Positions 40,901 to 51,400 of a DNA stretch of 64,000 nt are shown in pieces. Each line of letters starts with the position of its first letter. The first letter of the stretch is position 1. The notes below the pieces were generated by a model. It was not told where the DNA came from. It saw nothing but the letters and a program-made list of their open reading frames with translations, and did not search any database. The DNA lies in the NCBI GenBank assembly GCA_965237525.1, contig CBDEFO010000003.1:192001-256000 (forward strand). The letters are read 5' to 3'. This DNA is from Candidatus Latescibacterota bacterium (lineage in GTDB: Bacteria; Latescibacterota; CBDEFO01). Both the position numbers and the translations under genes were made by a program.

Positions 40901-41028
40901 AGATGAGCATGGGCTTGGGTATTATAGTAAACTTCATCCTGCCCATAAATATCGAGTTTGCAAAGGAGACAGATCTAAGAAGATTCTTCGACAGAGAGAC
41001 ACACTTCAGCTTTGGATTGAGTTTTTAA
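37924..41028 (+). CDS. Gluzincin-like + PD40/TolB propeller + Omp85 (BamA/TamA-like) barrel protein
   Basis: FGKNKIQY, HELTH, WSPDG repeats, LRGF, EYRVPF, terminal FGLSF. Confidence 0.85.
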   Translation: MTLTRYRKMPYTGRKRMPCLPRLNLSGATVYCLLMIAVLVVATAAPGIVRAQDILLSQFSQSFGKNKIQYKNFQWWKLKTEHLEIYYNPEYLGLALSAAEILEDGYEKISRSLHHDLSTVPPIIIFQSHYEFEQTNIVPYILPPGVGGFAESLKFRAVIPFNGDLEDFRSVLVHELTHLFQYDILYKGPVKSLTNRINSPPTWIMEGMAQYEAGDMNDVDEMVLRDAVLTNTVIPIKSLDNFQAVRNVFLAYKQSHSLMQYISQEYGEDKVGRILRDWKGSTGTGHTIKRVLGTDIQTLSDSWSSHVRRKYWPLLTERKYNFEIAKEVPAEEVSYLSPSGSLGGEMLAVVSTDGISFNIDLIRVKDGELMERITEDMKTSVYTDLKVEEGCVAWSPDGQYIAFIARKGPSDLVLVWNVYRSELMDVLKVEGVQEISTLAWAPDNRKLAFSGSSRGQTDIYILDIKTKASTKLMHTADRESQPSWSPDGSRLAFSYRTNGSVDLMVYDFELTKVQKIVSGKSDETWPRWFPDGARLLFVSNRDGINDLFVLDLESKKESRLTKTISGLSNPSISPDGKKITFASYYNGRRKIYVMDVPSQEELALTDDEKDAQKYETPAADGGEMILSLHVKEEESNGDYDKVNVDDDGDHASPIDSIGDSLKVRTKYKRSRYKPSLQLDGISAQLSLSNNFFGTVAQISFSDLMGNHNLGITTDFVSGFTSYGRLNDLNFAVIYGYYGRRTNLDFGIFSWTQYFTDSKSRFLDLRTGRLMRALGSDRQSGLFARMTYPIDLYRRVEFKYTFVDQNREFVFPEKERIEKKTTHLFQTVYVNDSVEYGWLGPSRGKRFYLSAGQAVKFTEGHRQFTHLDADLRFYAGRNSVFAFRLKGLASLAKDGITHFLGGPNIATIFGFGHEVNVGPLRGFDFSELAGTRLFLMNMEYRVPFVRNLTLGWPGNISLGGLMGTVFTDVGVVWNEGDDVKLWTTDGEFRLKDLKMSMGLGIIVNFILPINIEFAKETDLRRFFDRETHFSFGLSF

Positions 41029-41187
41029 GGTACATTGTCTTCGTAGAGGCTCGGGACCCCCTGATTTGGTAGAACAGACATTGTTGTCTGTTCTACAGTC
41101 AGACAGGAATGTCTGACCCACCATACATTTTGGGCAAAGGAACCTCGCCCCTGTATGTAGAGGTTACGACAAAGGGAATGATGAACT

Positions 41188-41919
41188 GTGAAACTTATGT
41201 TTAAGGGGAGGGGAGGATATGCCCTGTTTGCTGTCTACTGTCTACTGTCTACTATATTTTGGGGCTGTGCAGGCAGCAAGGAACCAAAAGGAGTCAAGCT
41301 GGTCACCTTCAACACAGGCTATTCCTCTGAGGTAAATCTGAGCAACATCCAGAGCCTTGGCGTGATATCTGTAGTAAATGTAAAGCCCAGAGGGCAGATA
41401 GACATAGACAAGATACGCAACAAGATATCTGACGAGGTAGCTTCCAGCTTGAGGCAGCTCGAGATCAAAACGATAATAGAGCACGATGAGATAGAATGGG
41501 TGTTCAGGGGCATGAAGGTAGATTCGTCGGCGGTCAGGAACGTTAGGAATTTGCGGAGGCTGCACGACGAACTGAAGATGGACGGTCTGGTTCTTGTGGA
41601 GATCGACCATATGGACGCTGCTCTTCGACAAAGGTTCGTTCCGGCAAGAGACAGATACGGAAGAGTATACCCCCAAGCAGTTCCGGGAATTGCTATGCAC
41701 GTAGTATTAAAGTTCGATATTTTAAACACACAGACGGGAGGGAGTATCTGGCAAAAGGAATTCAGACGTTCGAGGTTCCAGCCGATAGTGCTTCAGCTTT
41801 TCGGAGGCGGCGCGGAGAGCCAGATCGTTTCGACTATCAGACCCGCGGTAAGGGACTTCATATCCCGGCTGGCTCCGCTTCGGCAAGGCAAGATAAGGGG
41901 ATTTGTCATTCCGTATTAG
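41188..41919 (+). CDS. Hypothetical lipoprotein
   Basis: Lipobox FWGC; the h-region is partly encoded by the heptamer repeat. Confidence 0.65.
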   Translation: MKLMFKGRGGYALFAVYCLLSTIFWGCAGSKEPKGVKLVTFNTGYSSEVNLSNIQSLGVISVVNVKPRGQIDIDKIRNKISDEVASSLRQLEIKTIIEHDEIEWVFRGMKVDSSAVRNVRNLRRLHDELKMDGLVLVEIDHMDAALRQRFVPARDRYGRVYPQAVPGIAMHVVLKFDILNTQTGGSIWQKEFRRSRFQPIVLQLFGGGAESQIVSTIRPAVRDFISRLAPLRQGKIRGFVIPY

Positions 41920-42057
41920 AAATATCACGCCCTACAGCGCCTATTTTCTTACTAACACTATATGGAGTGATTGCCAAAACAATCGAGAATAGAGTTAATC
42001 CGAATTCCACTTCCAATCCAGGCCAATAACAGCGGCCACAAAACTCAGGATGGAGCC

Positions 42058-42819
42058 GTGAAGCTTAAGGAAAAAGTCGCAATCGTAACCGCGTCGGGTG
42101 AAGGTATAGGTCGTGCCATTGCAGCCGCTTTTGCCAGAGAAGGAGCATCGGTAGCCGTAATTGATATCGATAGGGAGGCCGCGCAATCAGCAGTTAGTGA
42201 GATAGCGTCATCCGGAGGCCACGCAATAAGCATCTACGCCGATGTGACTAAGAGTGAGGATGTAAACGGGATGGTTCAACAAGTCATAGGGGAATTTGAG
42301 AGAGTCGATATCCTCGTCAATAATGCGGGTGGGAGTGCCAGGGCGGAGGCATCACTATTCATCGACTCGAAAGAAGAGGTCTGGGACAAGATAATAGCCC
42401 TGAACCTCAAGAGTGCCCTACTATGCACCCACGCCGTCCTCAAGGATATGATGAAAAGGAAGAAGGGCAAGATTATCAACTTATCATCAGAAGCCGGCAT
42501 AGAAGGCAGCTGGGGGCTGGTGGACTACGCTGCTACGAAGGCCGCGATAATTGGTTTCACAAGGGCTCTGGCCAGAGAGGTTGGACCCCACGGCATCAAC
42601 GTAAACTGCATCGCCCCGGGAGTTATCGAAACGCCCGCTGTCATGGAAGTTGAGAATCCCCACTACAAATCGCATCGTAAACGCGGCCATGAAAGGAAGA
42701 TCATACGGCGATTAGGAAAGCCGGAAGAAGTCGCAGCCCCCGCAGTCTATCTAGCCTCAGACGAAAGCGACTACGTAATCGGAGAGACGATCAGGGTTGA
42801 TGGTGGAATAGGATATTAG
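42058..42819 (+). CDS. SDR family oxidoreductase (FabG-like)
   Basis: TASGEGIG, NNAG, YAATK, IAPG, VDGG; GTG start after GGAG. Confidence 0.92.
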   Translation: MKLKEKVAIVTASGEGIGRAIAAAFAREGASVAVIDIDREAAQSAVSEIASSGGHAISIYADVTKSEDVNGMVQQVIGEFERVDILVNNAGGSARAEASLFIDSKEEVWDKIIALNLKSALLCTHAVLKDMMKRKKGKIINLSSEAGIEGSWGLVDYAATKAAIIGFTRALAREVGPHGINVNCIAPGVIETPAVMEVENPHYKSHRKRGHERKIIRRLGKPEEVAAPAVYLASDESDYVIGETIRVDGGIGY

Positions 42820-43085
42820 CCCGTGTATAAACTAAGCTTGACGCCGTGTGGCAGTGTTTGATCACATGCTTCTCTTGGCAGTGGGTCAGACAGGATTGTC
42901 ACTGGAAGGTTTCCTCACCATAGCGTTCACCTCCTGCCGCCTAAGATACTACAGAACTAATAATAGGGCAATACTAAGAGGAGTGACTACCTAGCCGCAA
43001 ACTTTCCCCGCGAATCTTATAGTCAATTGAAGATAGGTGCAGTAAAGTCTTCCGTCAAAAATGTATCTGTTCTTGTAGTACATAG

Positions 43086-43114
43086 TTGACACTCTATCAC
43101 GAATTCCTTATATT
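43086..43114 (+). promoter_or_regulatory. Sigma70 promoter
   Basis: TTGACA-N17-TATATT. Confidence 0.7.
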
Positions 43115-43226
43115 ACTTCATATCTGTCTCTCGCAACTCTACTTGAAATAATCGGCAAGGCTGCAGGCGAGGTTCCGTGCCATCCGTGTTACGATCGGTA
43201 AGAACACGACTGCTCAAGGCGAAAGA

Positions 43227-43631
43227 ATGTACAGACGCTTTCTGACTACTCTCGCGATAATATCTTTGATCCTTTACACTGGATGCTCTCAGACAAGGCC
43301 GATAAAGACGGTCGATTCGATTTTACCAGAAGATATAAAAGAGGGTGAGGAAGCCAAGATTATCCTCAAGGATCGGACCACAGCCGAGGGCACGATTATC
43401 TCCTCGAATGAAGATGAGATAACCCTCAAAATTGTGTATCAAGATTACGAAAAAGGCGGGAAAAGAGCAAAGTTCATATCTTACAGATGGGATGAGATCG
43501 CAAGAGTCGAATCCAATTCACAGGAGGAAAAGACCAGAAGCAGCCTTCGCGTGGCGGCGATAATGACCGGTATTGTAATAGGTACCGGTTTTCTGCTTTT
43601 GGGACTCATAACAGATGCCCTGTCCAATTGA
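43227..43631 (+). CDS. Hypothetical lipoprotein with a C-terminal TM segment
   Basis: Lipobox YTGC; hydrophobic tail. Confidence 0.65.
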   Translation: MYRRFLTTLAIISLILYTGCSQTRPIKTVDSILPEDIKEGEEAKIILKDRTTAEGTIISSNEDEITLKIVYQDYEKGGKRAKFISYRWDEIARVESNSQEEKTRSSLRVAAIMTGIVIGTGFLLLGLITDALSN

Positions 43632-43735
43632 TTGAGCTCTTTAAGTAAGAATCTCCAAAAGTGCGACAGCAAATAGTCCTGATGCCTGAAGAATCCTTTG
43701 TGCTGAATTAATACTGAAGAAGGACTACACCAAAC

Positions 43736-44356
43736 ATGAAGGTCAACAAAAAGGGAGTGGCTTTCTTGATTTCGGGGATGTGCAGCCCGTTTATCCTGCT
43801 CTTTCTGACCTCAATCCCTATAGTCTATCTGCATACATCTTCCCTCGGTCCCTTTCTGCTGTTCTTCTTTTTGACTCTTGTCTTTGTAATTATGGTTCCT
43901 CTGGCTTCTATTGTTATGCTGTTCGTAAAGGGGAAGATAACGAGCATACACATTATGGATAAAGGTGAACGCAAGCTCCCCTTTGTAGTGGCGATCTTAA
44001 GCGTGTGCCTCGGTCTGGGGTCTTTTTATCTTTTCGATGCTCCGCTTGAGCTTATCGTTTTGGCTATTACATTTATAGCTAATGGTATTGTTCTGGCGGC
44101 GATCACACCCTTTTGGAAAGTGAGCCTGCACGTAGCCGCGGCGACGTGCTGTTTTACAGCGGTGACCGTGTTCTGCGGATGGAAGATGTCTTTTTCGTTT
44201 CTTGCTCTTCCTCTCATATCGTGGGCGAGGATCTCGAGAGGGAGGCACAATCTTGCGCAGTCGCTGGGAGCAGTTTTGGCCTCACTGGTAGTGACGATTT
44301 TGATGTTCTATATATTCCTGCCCGATTATATACACAGGCTGTTGTCTTTCCAGTAG
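43736..44356 (+). CDS. PAP2-like membrane protein
   Basis: WKVSLH, WARISRGRHN motifs; multiple TM helices. Confidence 0.75.
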   Translation: MKVNKKGVAFLISGMCSPFILLFLTSIPIVYLHTSSLGPFLLFFFLTLVFVIMVPLASIVMLFVKGKITSIHIMDKGERKLPFVVAILSVCLGLGSFYLFDAPLELIVLAITFIANGIVLAAITPFWKVSLHVAAATCCFTAVTVFCGWKMSFSFLALPLISWARISRGRHNLAQSLGAVLASLVVTILMFYIFLPDYIHRLLSFQ

Positions 44357-44390
44357 CAACGAATGATATACGGGGATGATCTGTTTGGAC

Positions 44391-44432
44391 GATCTAAAAT
44401 CGTGGCTGACCCTATTGAACATTAAGGGTGTG
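44391..44432 (+). repeat. attL-like 42-bp direct repeat (orphaned dprA 5' end)
   Basis: 41/42 identical to 57557-57598; encodes DLKSWLTLLNIKGV in frame with TTG 44385. Confidence 0.9.
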
Positions 44433-44539
44433 ATAAGACTAATAAATCTCTATTAAAATGTGTAAATATGGCTCATGCAGTTATGGATCCTGAGCTTTTA
44501 GTTCAAACTATCCATGGGGTAAAAAATAGATAAGAAAGA

Positions 44540-45874
44540 GTGTATAGAATGCCAATTCATAGAGAATCAACCAACATTAGTGGAAAGTTAGTTCCTAATA
44601 TTTTAATGGTAGGCTCAGGTCATTATACCACTGGTTGGGTTAAAGGACAACAAAACAAATCAGATAAGAAGATAGGTGTTATTGCTCCTGTTCTTTTTGA
44701 TCAAAGAAGATTAGGTAATGTAGGAAATTTATCTATGGTTGGAACGAATGGAACAAGATTCCCTGAGATAAGATCACATTTAGAAGAACATGTTGCACAG
44801 GTCTATAGAGACATGGATACTTCTTTTAGATCATTTCCAAATGATGACGTTAAAAGTAATCCTTTGGCATATTTGGAAGCTATGGAAACTTTGCATCCCG
44901 GAGATGCAGTTATAATTACCACACCAGATGATACCCACTTCAAAATCGCAAAAACTGCTATAGAAAAAAGTCTTCACTTTTTGATTACAAAACCTCCAGT
45001 AAAGACACTTAAAGAGCATCTTGAACTGATTAATATTGCAAAACAACATGATGTACTTGGTGCTGTTGATGTTCATAAAAGATATGATACAGTGTATGCT
45101 GATGCAAGGCAACAAATAAGGGGACAATTACAAAAACATGGACGTTTTACTAGCCTACAGGCACATATGACCATTGAAAAAAAACGACTGGATCATGTCC
45201 CTTGGGCTGGAAAGTCGAGCGATGTTAGTTATTATTTGAATTCACATCATATTGACTGGCATGTGTGGACTATGGAAGATATTGCTAGACCCGTTAAGGT
45301 TTATGCTACTGCTGCTCAAGGTATTGCTAATAACCCTCCGCATAATTTGCCGACAGAAGATATGATTATTTTAACTGTTGATTGGGAAAATTTCTCTGAT
45401 CCTAAAAATAATGGGATAGCTGTGTACATAGCAGGATGGGTAGATCCAACAAGTGATGTCTATACAGAACAAGGATTTAAAATCAATGTACCAGGGTACA
45501 AAATAGATGCTGACCAAAGTCGTAGAGGTTACATGACATCAGAAGATGGTCCAGGCATTAAGTCACTAAATCCCTTTTATATGAAGTACACACCCAATGA
45601 AGGAGGGTACTTTGATAGTAGCGGTTACGGGTGTTTATGCATTGCAGCTTTTATTGAAGCTATCGGTCAAATACTAAATAAACAAAAGACTGTAAAAGAT
45701 TATGATAAAACACTTCCCACAATTGCTAGGACAACCCAAATGACCGCAATTTTAGAAGCAGGAAGAGAAAGTTTAGATGCTGGAGGAGTTCCTGTGTCCA
45801 TTAAATATGATAAGAAAGATAAATCACTTCCGGTTGGACTGACTAAGTACAAATTATTAAGAACAAGAAAGTGA
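44540..45874 (+). CDS. Gfo/Idh/MocA oxidoreductase, D-galacturonate reductase (fungal GaaA)-like
   Basis: LMVGSGHYTTG, SDKKIGV, TPDDTH, HKRYD, WAGKSSDVSYYLNSHHID resemble A. niger GaaA as recalled; AT-rich. Confidence 0.75.
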   Translation: MYRMPIHRESTNISGKLVPNILMVGSGHYTTGWVKGQQNKSDKKIGVIAPVLFDQRRLGNVGNLSMVGTNGTRFPEIRSHLEEHVAQVYRDMDTSFRSFPNDDVKSNPLAYLEAMETLHPGDAVIITTPDDTHFKIAKTAIEKSLHFLITKPPVKTLKEHLELINIAKQHDVLGAVDVHKRYDTVYADARQQIRGQLQKHGRFTSLQAHMTIEKKRLDHVPWAGKSSDVSYYLNSHHIDWHVWTMEDIARPVKVYATAAQGIANNPPHNLPTEDMIILTVDWENFSDPKNNGIAVYIAGWVDPTSDVYTEQGFKINVPGYKIDADQSRRGYMTSEDGPGIKSLNPFYMKYTPNEGGYFDSSGYGCLCIAAFIEAIGQILNKQKTVKDYDKTLPTIARTTQMTAILEAGRESLDAGGVPVSIKYDKKDKSLPVGLTKYKLLRTRK

Positions 45875-46203
45875 CGAAAGAAAAATGTGTTTTTTGCAAG
45901 ACCTTGATTCATTATAGACAAGAAGAAAATTCGATTGGAGCAAGAAAGAAAATTTAAGTATAAACTTGCGTTCTTTGCCTCAGTCGTACATTTCCCATAC
46001 TAACTGATATAGTTGAAAATGAGGCTGACCCCCCTACTTAGCCGAAGGTTTATTCTAAAATTGGTTAAGGTTGCAGGAAACTTGTGCTCTCTCATTTTCT
46101 GATAACTTTCTCCTTCTCTTAATCCTAAGTCGCCTTACAAGATCTCTGTTAAGTGAACTATTAGATACGCACGCTGGCTTAATGTACAATAAGATTTGTA
46201 TCA

Positions 46204-46696
46204 TTGAGTAATGGAGATGGGACATTTGCAGACAAGGTGTACTATACCGTTGGGCTGGATGCCACATCAGCATTCAGTGCAGATTTAGATGGAGATAATG
46301 ACTTGGCTGTGGCTAATGTTGAGAGCGGTAGTGTCTCAGTGTTTTTGAATCGCTCTGATATTCCCACTGCTGGCGTCACTGCTGTAATCAAGTATGAAGA
46401 ACCATTATCAGATATTCCCGAAGCTTATGCCATCTCGCAGAACTATCGAAATCCCTGTAACCCTGGGACGGTGCTCTATTATGATCTTCCTGTTTGAACC
46501 CGCGTTGAGCTATCTGGCTTCAACATGATGGGGCAGGAGGTGGCGACGTTGGTGGCTGGAGAGATCCGCGGGCAGGCTTTCAGTGGTCTGGGATGCTAAG
46601 GAGAGCGACGGACAGAGCCTCGCCAGCGGAGTCTATCTCTACCAGATCGAGGTAGATAGATTTCTGAAGACAAGGGAGCTGATATTAATGAGATAG
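46204..46696 (+). pseudogene. 5'-truncated, disrupted FG-GAP + FlgD-type gene (paralog of 32459-33298)
   Basis: DLDGDNDLAVAN, SQNYRNPCNP; stop at 46495 followed by frameshifted C-terminal remnants. Confidence 0.8.
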
Positions 46697-46722
46697 ACCT
46701 TCTTATTTTAAGTGATGCGACA

Positions 46723-46758
46723 GAGCCGGAGCTCAGTTTATAAGGGCTTCGGTTTTTT
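46723..46758 (+). terminator. Intrinsic terminator
   Basis: AGCCGGAGCT...GGCTTCGGTT stem followed by a T tract. Confidence 0.6.
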
Positions 46759-46789
46759 GTCTAACTGAATCTGGCCGATGAAGTTATTG

Positions 46790-46833
46790 TTGACATCTGT
46801 TTCGTTTTTCCTTATCTTGTGATCCATATCACA
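46790..46833 (+). promoter_or_regulatory. Sigma70 promoter with a CRP/FNR-type box, copy 2
   Basis: TTGACA-N17-TATCTT; TGTGA-TCCATA-TCACA at 46818-46833. Confidence 0.7.
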
Positions 46834-47023
46834 GTACGGACGCTAAGGTTTGATTATCTTAACTGAGATAATTAAATGTAGGGGCGGGGTTATCCCGCCC
46901 CTATAGGATTGTAGTGGAACGTATATCCAAGAAGCCATCTTCAGCCCACGGATGAGGAGGTGAAACAAATTTTCCGGGCTTAAATAGAGTCGAAGTTTTG
47001 TCAATCTAAAGGAGGTTTTAACA

Positions 47024-48052
47024 ATGGCTGCCAAGACATTCTGCTTAGTCATTTTGGTCATAGCCATCTGCGCGCTTGCAACGTCTGCCACGGCGAAGAT
47101 TTGGCGGGTCGATAACAATCTTGGTAACGCGGCGGACTGGAGGACCATACAAGCGGCTCACGACGGCTCAGCAAGCGGCGATACGCTCTATGTTTCGGGT
47201 GCTGCAATTAGCTATGGTAGTTTGTTTGCTTCTAAAGAAACTCTTTATCTTCGGACCCGGTTATCTCCTGGGTGAAAATCCCAAAACCCAGGCAAATCTA
47301 TCCTCTGCCAAAACTGACAATATTAGATTCGACTCGGGTTCGGATAGTTCACTCGTCACGGGTTTAGATGTAAAGTTTACATTGGAAGTTAATGTTGGTG
47401 TGAGCAACGTTACTATCAAGAGAAATAGAATAGTCCACGGCAGTAATCCGGTTGTCTTGATAGACGACAATGCCACCAATATATTCGTTACACAGAATTA
47501 TATCCGTCAAACTGGTCTTTCTTCTAGCAACCACGCAATCCGAGTAGATCCTGGTGTCAGCTCTACTTTCATCAATAATAATTTCATAGAGGCTGTCACC
47601 ACAGGGCAAAACGCAATCAACGCAAGTAGCACCTCAGGTATCACCGTTGAGCAAATGTTATCCGCGGAGACGTGATAGTATATAATACGGGTTTTAACAA
47701 TAACGTATGGAGAGAGGGGACTTTTTCCGGTACTAATAATGCCATATTCAATAACATCACAAGTACGGCGCCTGCGGAGTTTGATACAACCAAGGGCAAT
47801 CAAACCAACGTAGATATGGCGACTGTTTTTGTGGGCACCGGCAGCACCGATGGCCAATGGCAATTGACAACAGGTTGTCCTGCAATCGGTGCGGGCTTAG
47901 GTGGTAATGATATTGGAATGTTCGGTGGACTTGATCCTTATATCCTTTCCGGGATGCCTGCCATTCCTGCAATTTACTTTTTCAGCGCCCCTGTACCCGG
48001 TTCAAACACCAGCGGCCTTCCGGCTCAAGTGAAAGTTAAATCGCATAACTGA
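47024..48052 (+). pseudogene. Secreted beta-helix-like protein split by two frameshifts (possibly sequencing indels)
   Basis: SD AAGGAGG, signal peptide, TIQAAHD..SGDTLYV; the frames join at A-runs near 47234 (+1) and 47654 (-1). Confidence 0.75.
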
Positions 48053-48449
48053 TAGTAAACAGCACACGTAAGTAGACAGCATATTTGTAGGGTCGAGCTT
48101 TTCTCCACCCAATGGTCGGGTAACCCAGCCTTTACACGATAGGTGATACGTAGAAGAGAAGGTGCCCTGCCTACGAGATTGCTTCCCCCCGATAGATTCA
48201 ATCGGGGGTCGCTCGCAATGACACGGTGTACTTTTGCCTTCGATCATTGAGAGGGGTGGAACCCCGACTCCGTCAGGAGTTACGACCCCGAGGAGACGCG
48301 AAGCGGAACCAGAACCAAGCTCAAAGACTTTTTTCTAATGAAAAGTAATCAGTAGGGGCGAGCTCATGTGTTCGCCCAGTAGGTAGGGGACACATCCTTC
48401 TCCCTATTTGCTAACAGAACAGGCCCCTCCCCATAACAGGAGTGTAGAG

Positions 48450-51400
48450 ATGAGTAGGGTGCAGTATGCACTCAGCGCGGTAATTCTTGCCATCTTGCTC
48501 GGTCCACAGGCGCCTTACGCACAGAACATTGTGCGGGTGGAGTACTACATCGACTCAGACCCCGGTTTTGGCAATGCAACACAAATGAGCATTACGCCTG
48601 CCCCCGAACTGGATCTGAACTTCAATGCAGATCTTTCAGGCATAAGCGCAGGTTTGCATTCTTTGTATGTTCGAGCCAAGGACGATAGTAGCAATTGGAG
48701 TCTGTCCTACGCAAAGCCCTTCATAACAGTTGCTTTGACTGTTGCGTCTGATATTACGCAGGTAGAATATTACGTAGACACAGATCCAGGTTTTGGAGCG
48801 GGTGTGGATGTGCCGATTACCCCGGGAAGTGACGTTACGCAGGATTTCACAGTTGACTTGAGCGGTCAAAGTAAAGGACTTCACGTTTTGTATGTTCGAG
48901 CCAGGGATCAAGGTGGCAATTGGAGTTTGTCCTATGCTAAGCCCTTCATAACAGTTGCTTTGACTGTTGCGTCTGACATTGCGCAGGTAGAATATTACAT
49001 AGACACAGATCCAGGTTTTGGAGCGGGTGTGGATGTGCCGATTACACCCGGAAGTGACGTTACGCAGGATTTCACAGTTGACTTGAGCAGTCAAAGTGCA
49101 GGCTTGCACGTTCTATATATTCGAGCCAAGGATCAAGGTGGCAATTGGAGTTTGTCCTATGCCAAGCCCTTCATAACACTTGCTTTGACTGTTGCGGCTG
49201 ATATTGCGCAGGTAGAATATTACATAGACACAGACCCAGGATATGGAGCGGGCGTGGATGTGCTGATTACGCCGGGAAGTGACGTTACGCAGGATTTCAC
49301 AGTTGACTTGACTGGCCAAAGCGAAGGACTTCACGTTTTGTATGTTCGAGCCAGGGATCAAGGTGGCAATTGGAGTTTGTCCTATGCTAAGCCCTTCATA
49401 ACAGTTGCTTTGACTGTTGCGCCTGATGTTGAGCAGGTAGAATATTACATAGACACAGATCCAGGCTATGGAGCGGGTGTGGATGTGCCGATTACACCGG
49501 GAAGTGACATTACGCAAAGTTTCGCAGTTGACTTGAGCAGTCAAAGTGCAGGCTTGCACGTTCTATATATTCGAGCCAGGGATCAAGGTGGCAGTTGAAG
49601 TTTGTCGTACGCCAAGCCCTTCATAACGGTCTCTCTCGCAGTTACTTCAAACATCACGAAGGCCGAATATTACATAGACACAGACCCTGGCCTTGGAAAT
49701 GGTGTAGAAATTCATATTACTACACTGGGGACTGACATTACACAGGATTTCACAGTTGACTTGAGCAGTCAGAGCGGAGGACTTCACGTTTTGTATGTTC
49801 GAGCGCAGGATGAAAGCGGCAATTGGAGTTTGTCCCTAGCCAAGAGCTTTACTGTCATTGTGGATGTTTCGCCTGAAGTTGTACAGATGGAATATTATAT
49901 CGACACAGACCCTGGCTTTGGAGCAGGTGTGGACGTGCCTATTTCTACACCTGGGAATGATGTCACGCGGGGTTTCATAGTAGACTTAAGCAGTCAATCC
50001 GAAGGACTTCATGTTCTATATGTTCGAGCCAAGGACCAAGGTGGTAACTGGAGCTTATCTCATGCCAAGGCTTTTTCGAGCGTAGTGTTGGCAGTTGCTT
50101 CAGATATTGTTAAGATGGAGTATTACATAGACACAGACCCTGGTTTTGGAGCAGGTGTGAATGTTCCTATTGCTACAGCGGGTGTTGACATTACACAAAG
50201 TCTCACAGTAGACTTGAGCGGTCAAGGAGATGGTCTGCACGTTCTATATATTCGAGCTAAGGATCAAAATGGCAGTTGGAGCTTATCTTATGCTAAGCCT
50301 TTTACGAAGGTTACTCTGGCAGTCGCTTCAGATATTGTTAAGATGGAGTATTACATAGACACAGACCCTGGGTTTGGAGCAGGTGTGAATGTGCCTATCG
50401 CTACACCGGGTGTTGACATTACACAAAGTCTCACAGTTGACTTGAGCGGTCAAGGAGATGGTCTGCACGTTCTATATATTCGAGCTAAGGATCAAAATGG
50501 CAGTTGGAGCTTATCTTATGCTAAGCCTTTTACGAAGGTTACTCTGGCAGTTGCTTCAGATATTGTTAAGATGGAGTATTACATAGACACAGACCCTGGG
50601 TTTGGAGCAGCTGTGAATGTTCCCATTGCTACAGCGGGTGTTGACATTACACAAAGTCTCACAGTAGACTTGAGCGGTCAAGGAGATGGTCCGCACGTTC
50701 TATATATTCGAGCTAAGGATCAAAATGGCAGTTGGAGCTTATCTTATGCTAAGCCTTTTACAAAGGTGACTTTAGCTGTGGCGTCTGATATTGTTAAGAT
50801 GGAGTATTACATAGACACAGACCCTGGCTTTGGAGCAGGGGCGAATGTTCCTATTGCTACAGCGGGTGTTGACGTTGAGCAAAGTTTTGTGGTTGACCTG
50901 AGCGTTCAGAGCGATGGTCTGCACGTTCTATATATTCGGGCCAAGGATCAAAATGGGAATTGGAGTTTATCTTATGCTAAGCCTTTTACGAAGGTGACTT
51001 TAGCTGTGGCGTCTGATATTGTTAAGATGGAGTATTACATAGACACAGACCCTGGCTTTGGAGCAGGGGCGAATGTGCCTATTGCTACACCGGGTGTTGA
51101 CATTACACAAAGTCTCACAGTAGACTTGAGCGGTCAAGGAGATGGTCTGCACGTTCTATATATTCGAGCTAAGGATCAAAATGGGAATTGGAGCTTATCT
51201 CATGCCAAGCCTTTTACAAAGGTGCGTCGTGACATTGCCCCAAATATCACTGCTGTTGAATACTATTTCATTAAGGACGGGGCAAAGACCCAGGTCAGTA
51301 CTTACACGAATTTCACATTCGCAACAGATGTTGGGGCCAATTTCGTAGCGGATATATCAGCCTTGGATAATAATAGTGCCTACAATTGGCATATCTACGG

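Noticed and set aside
49596..49598. Alternative genetic code (TGA = Trp/Gly) or selenocysteine
   Set aside because: TGA ends many intact genes here (e.g. ubiD, and the SSS gene with an ATGA overlap), and Trp is TGG in all other repeats.
48700..51230. CRISPR array
   Set aside because: The repeats are 225/228-bp coding units without unique spacers, and there are no cas genes.
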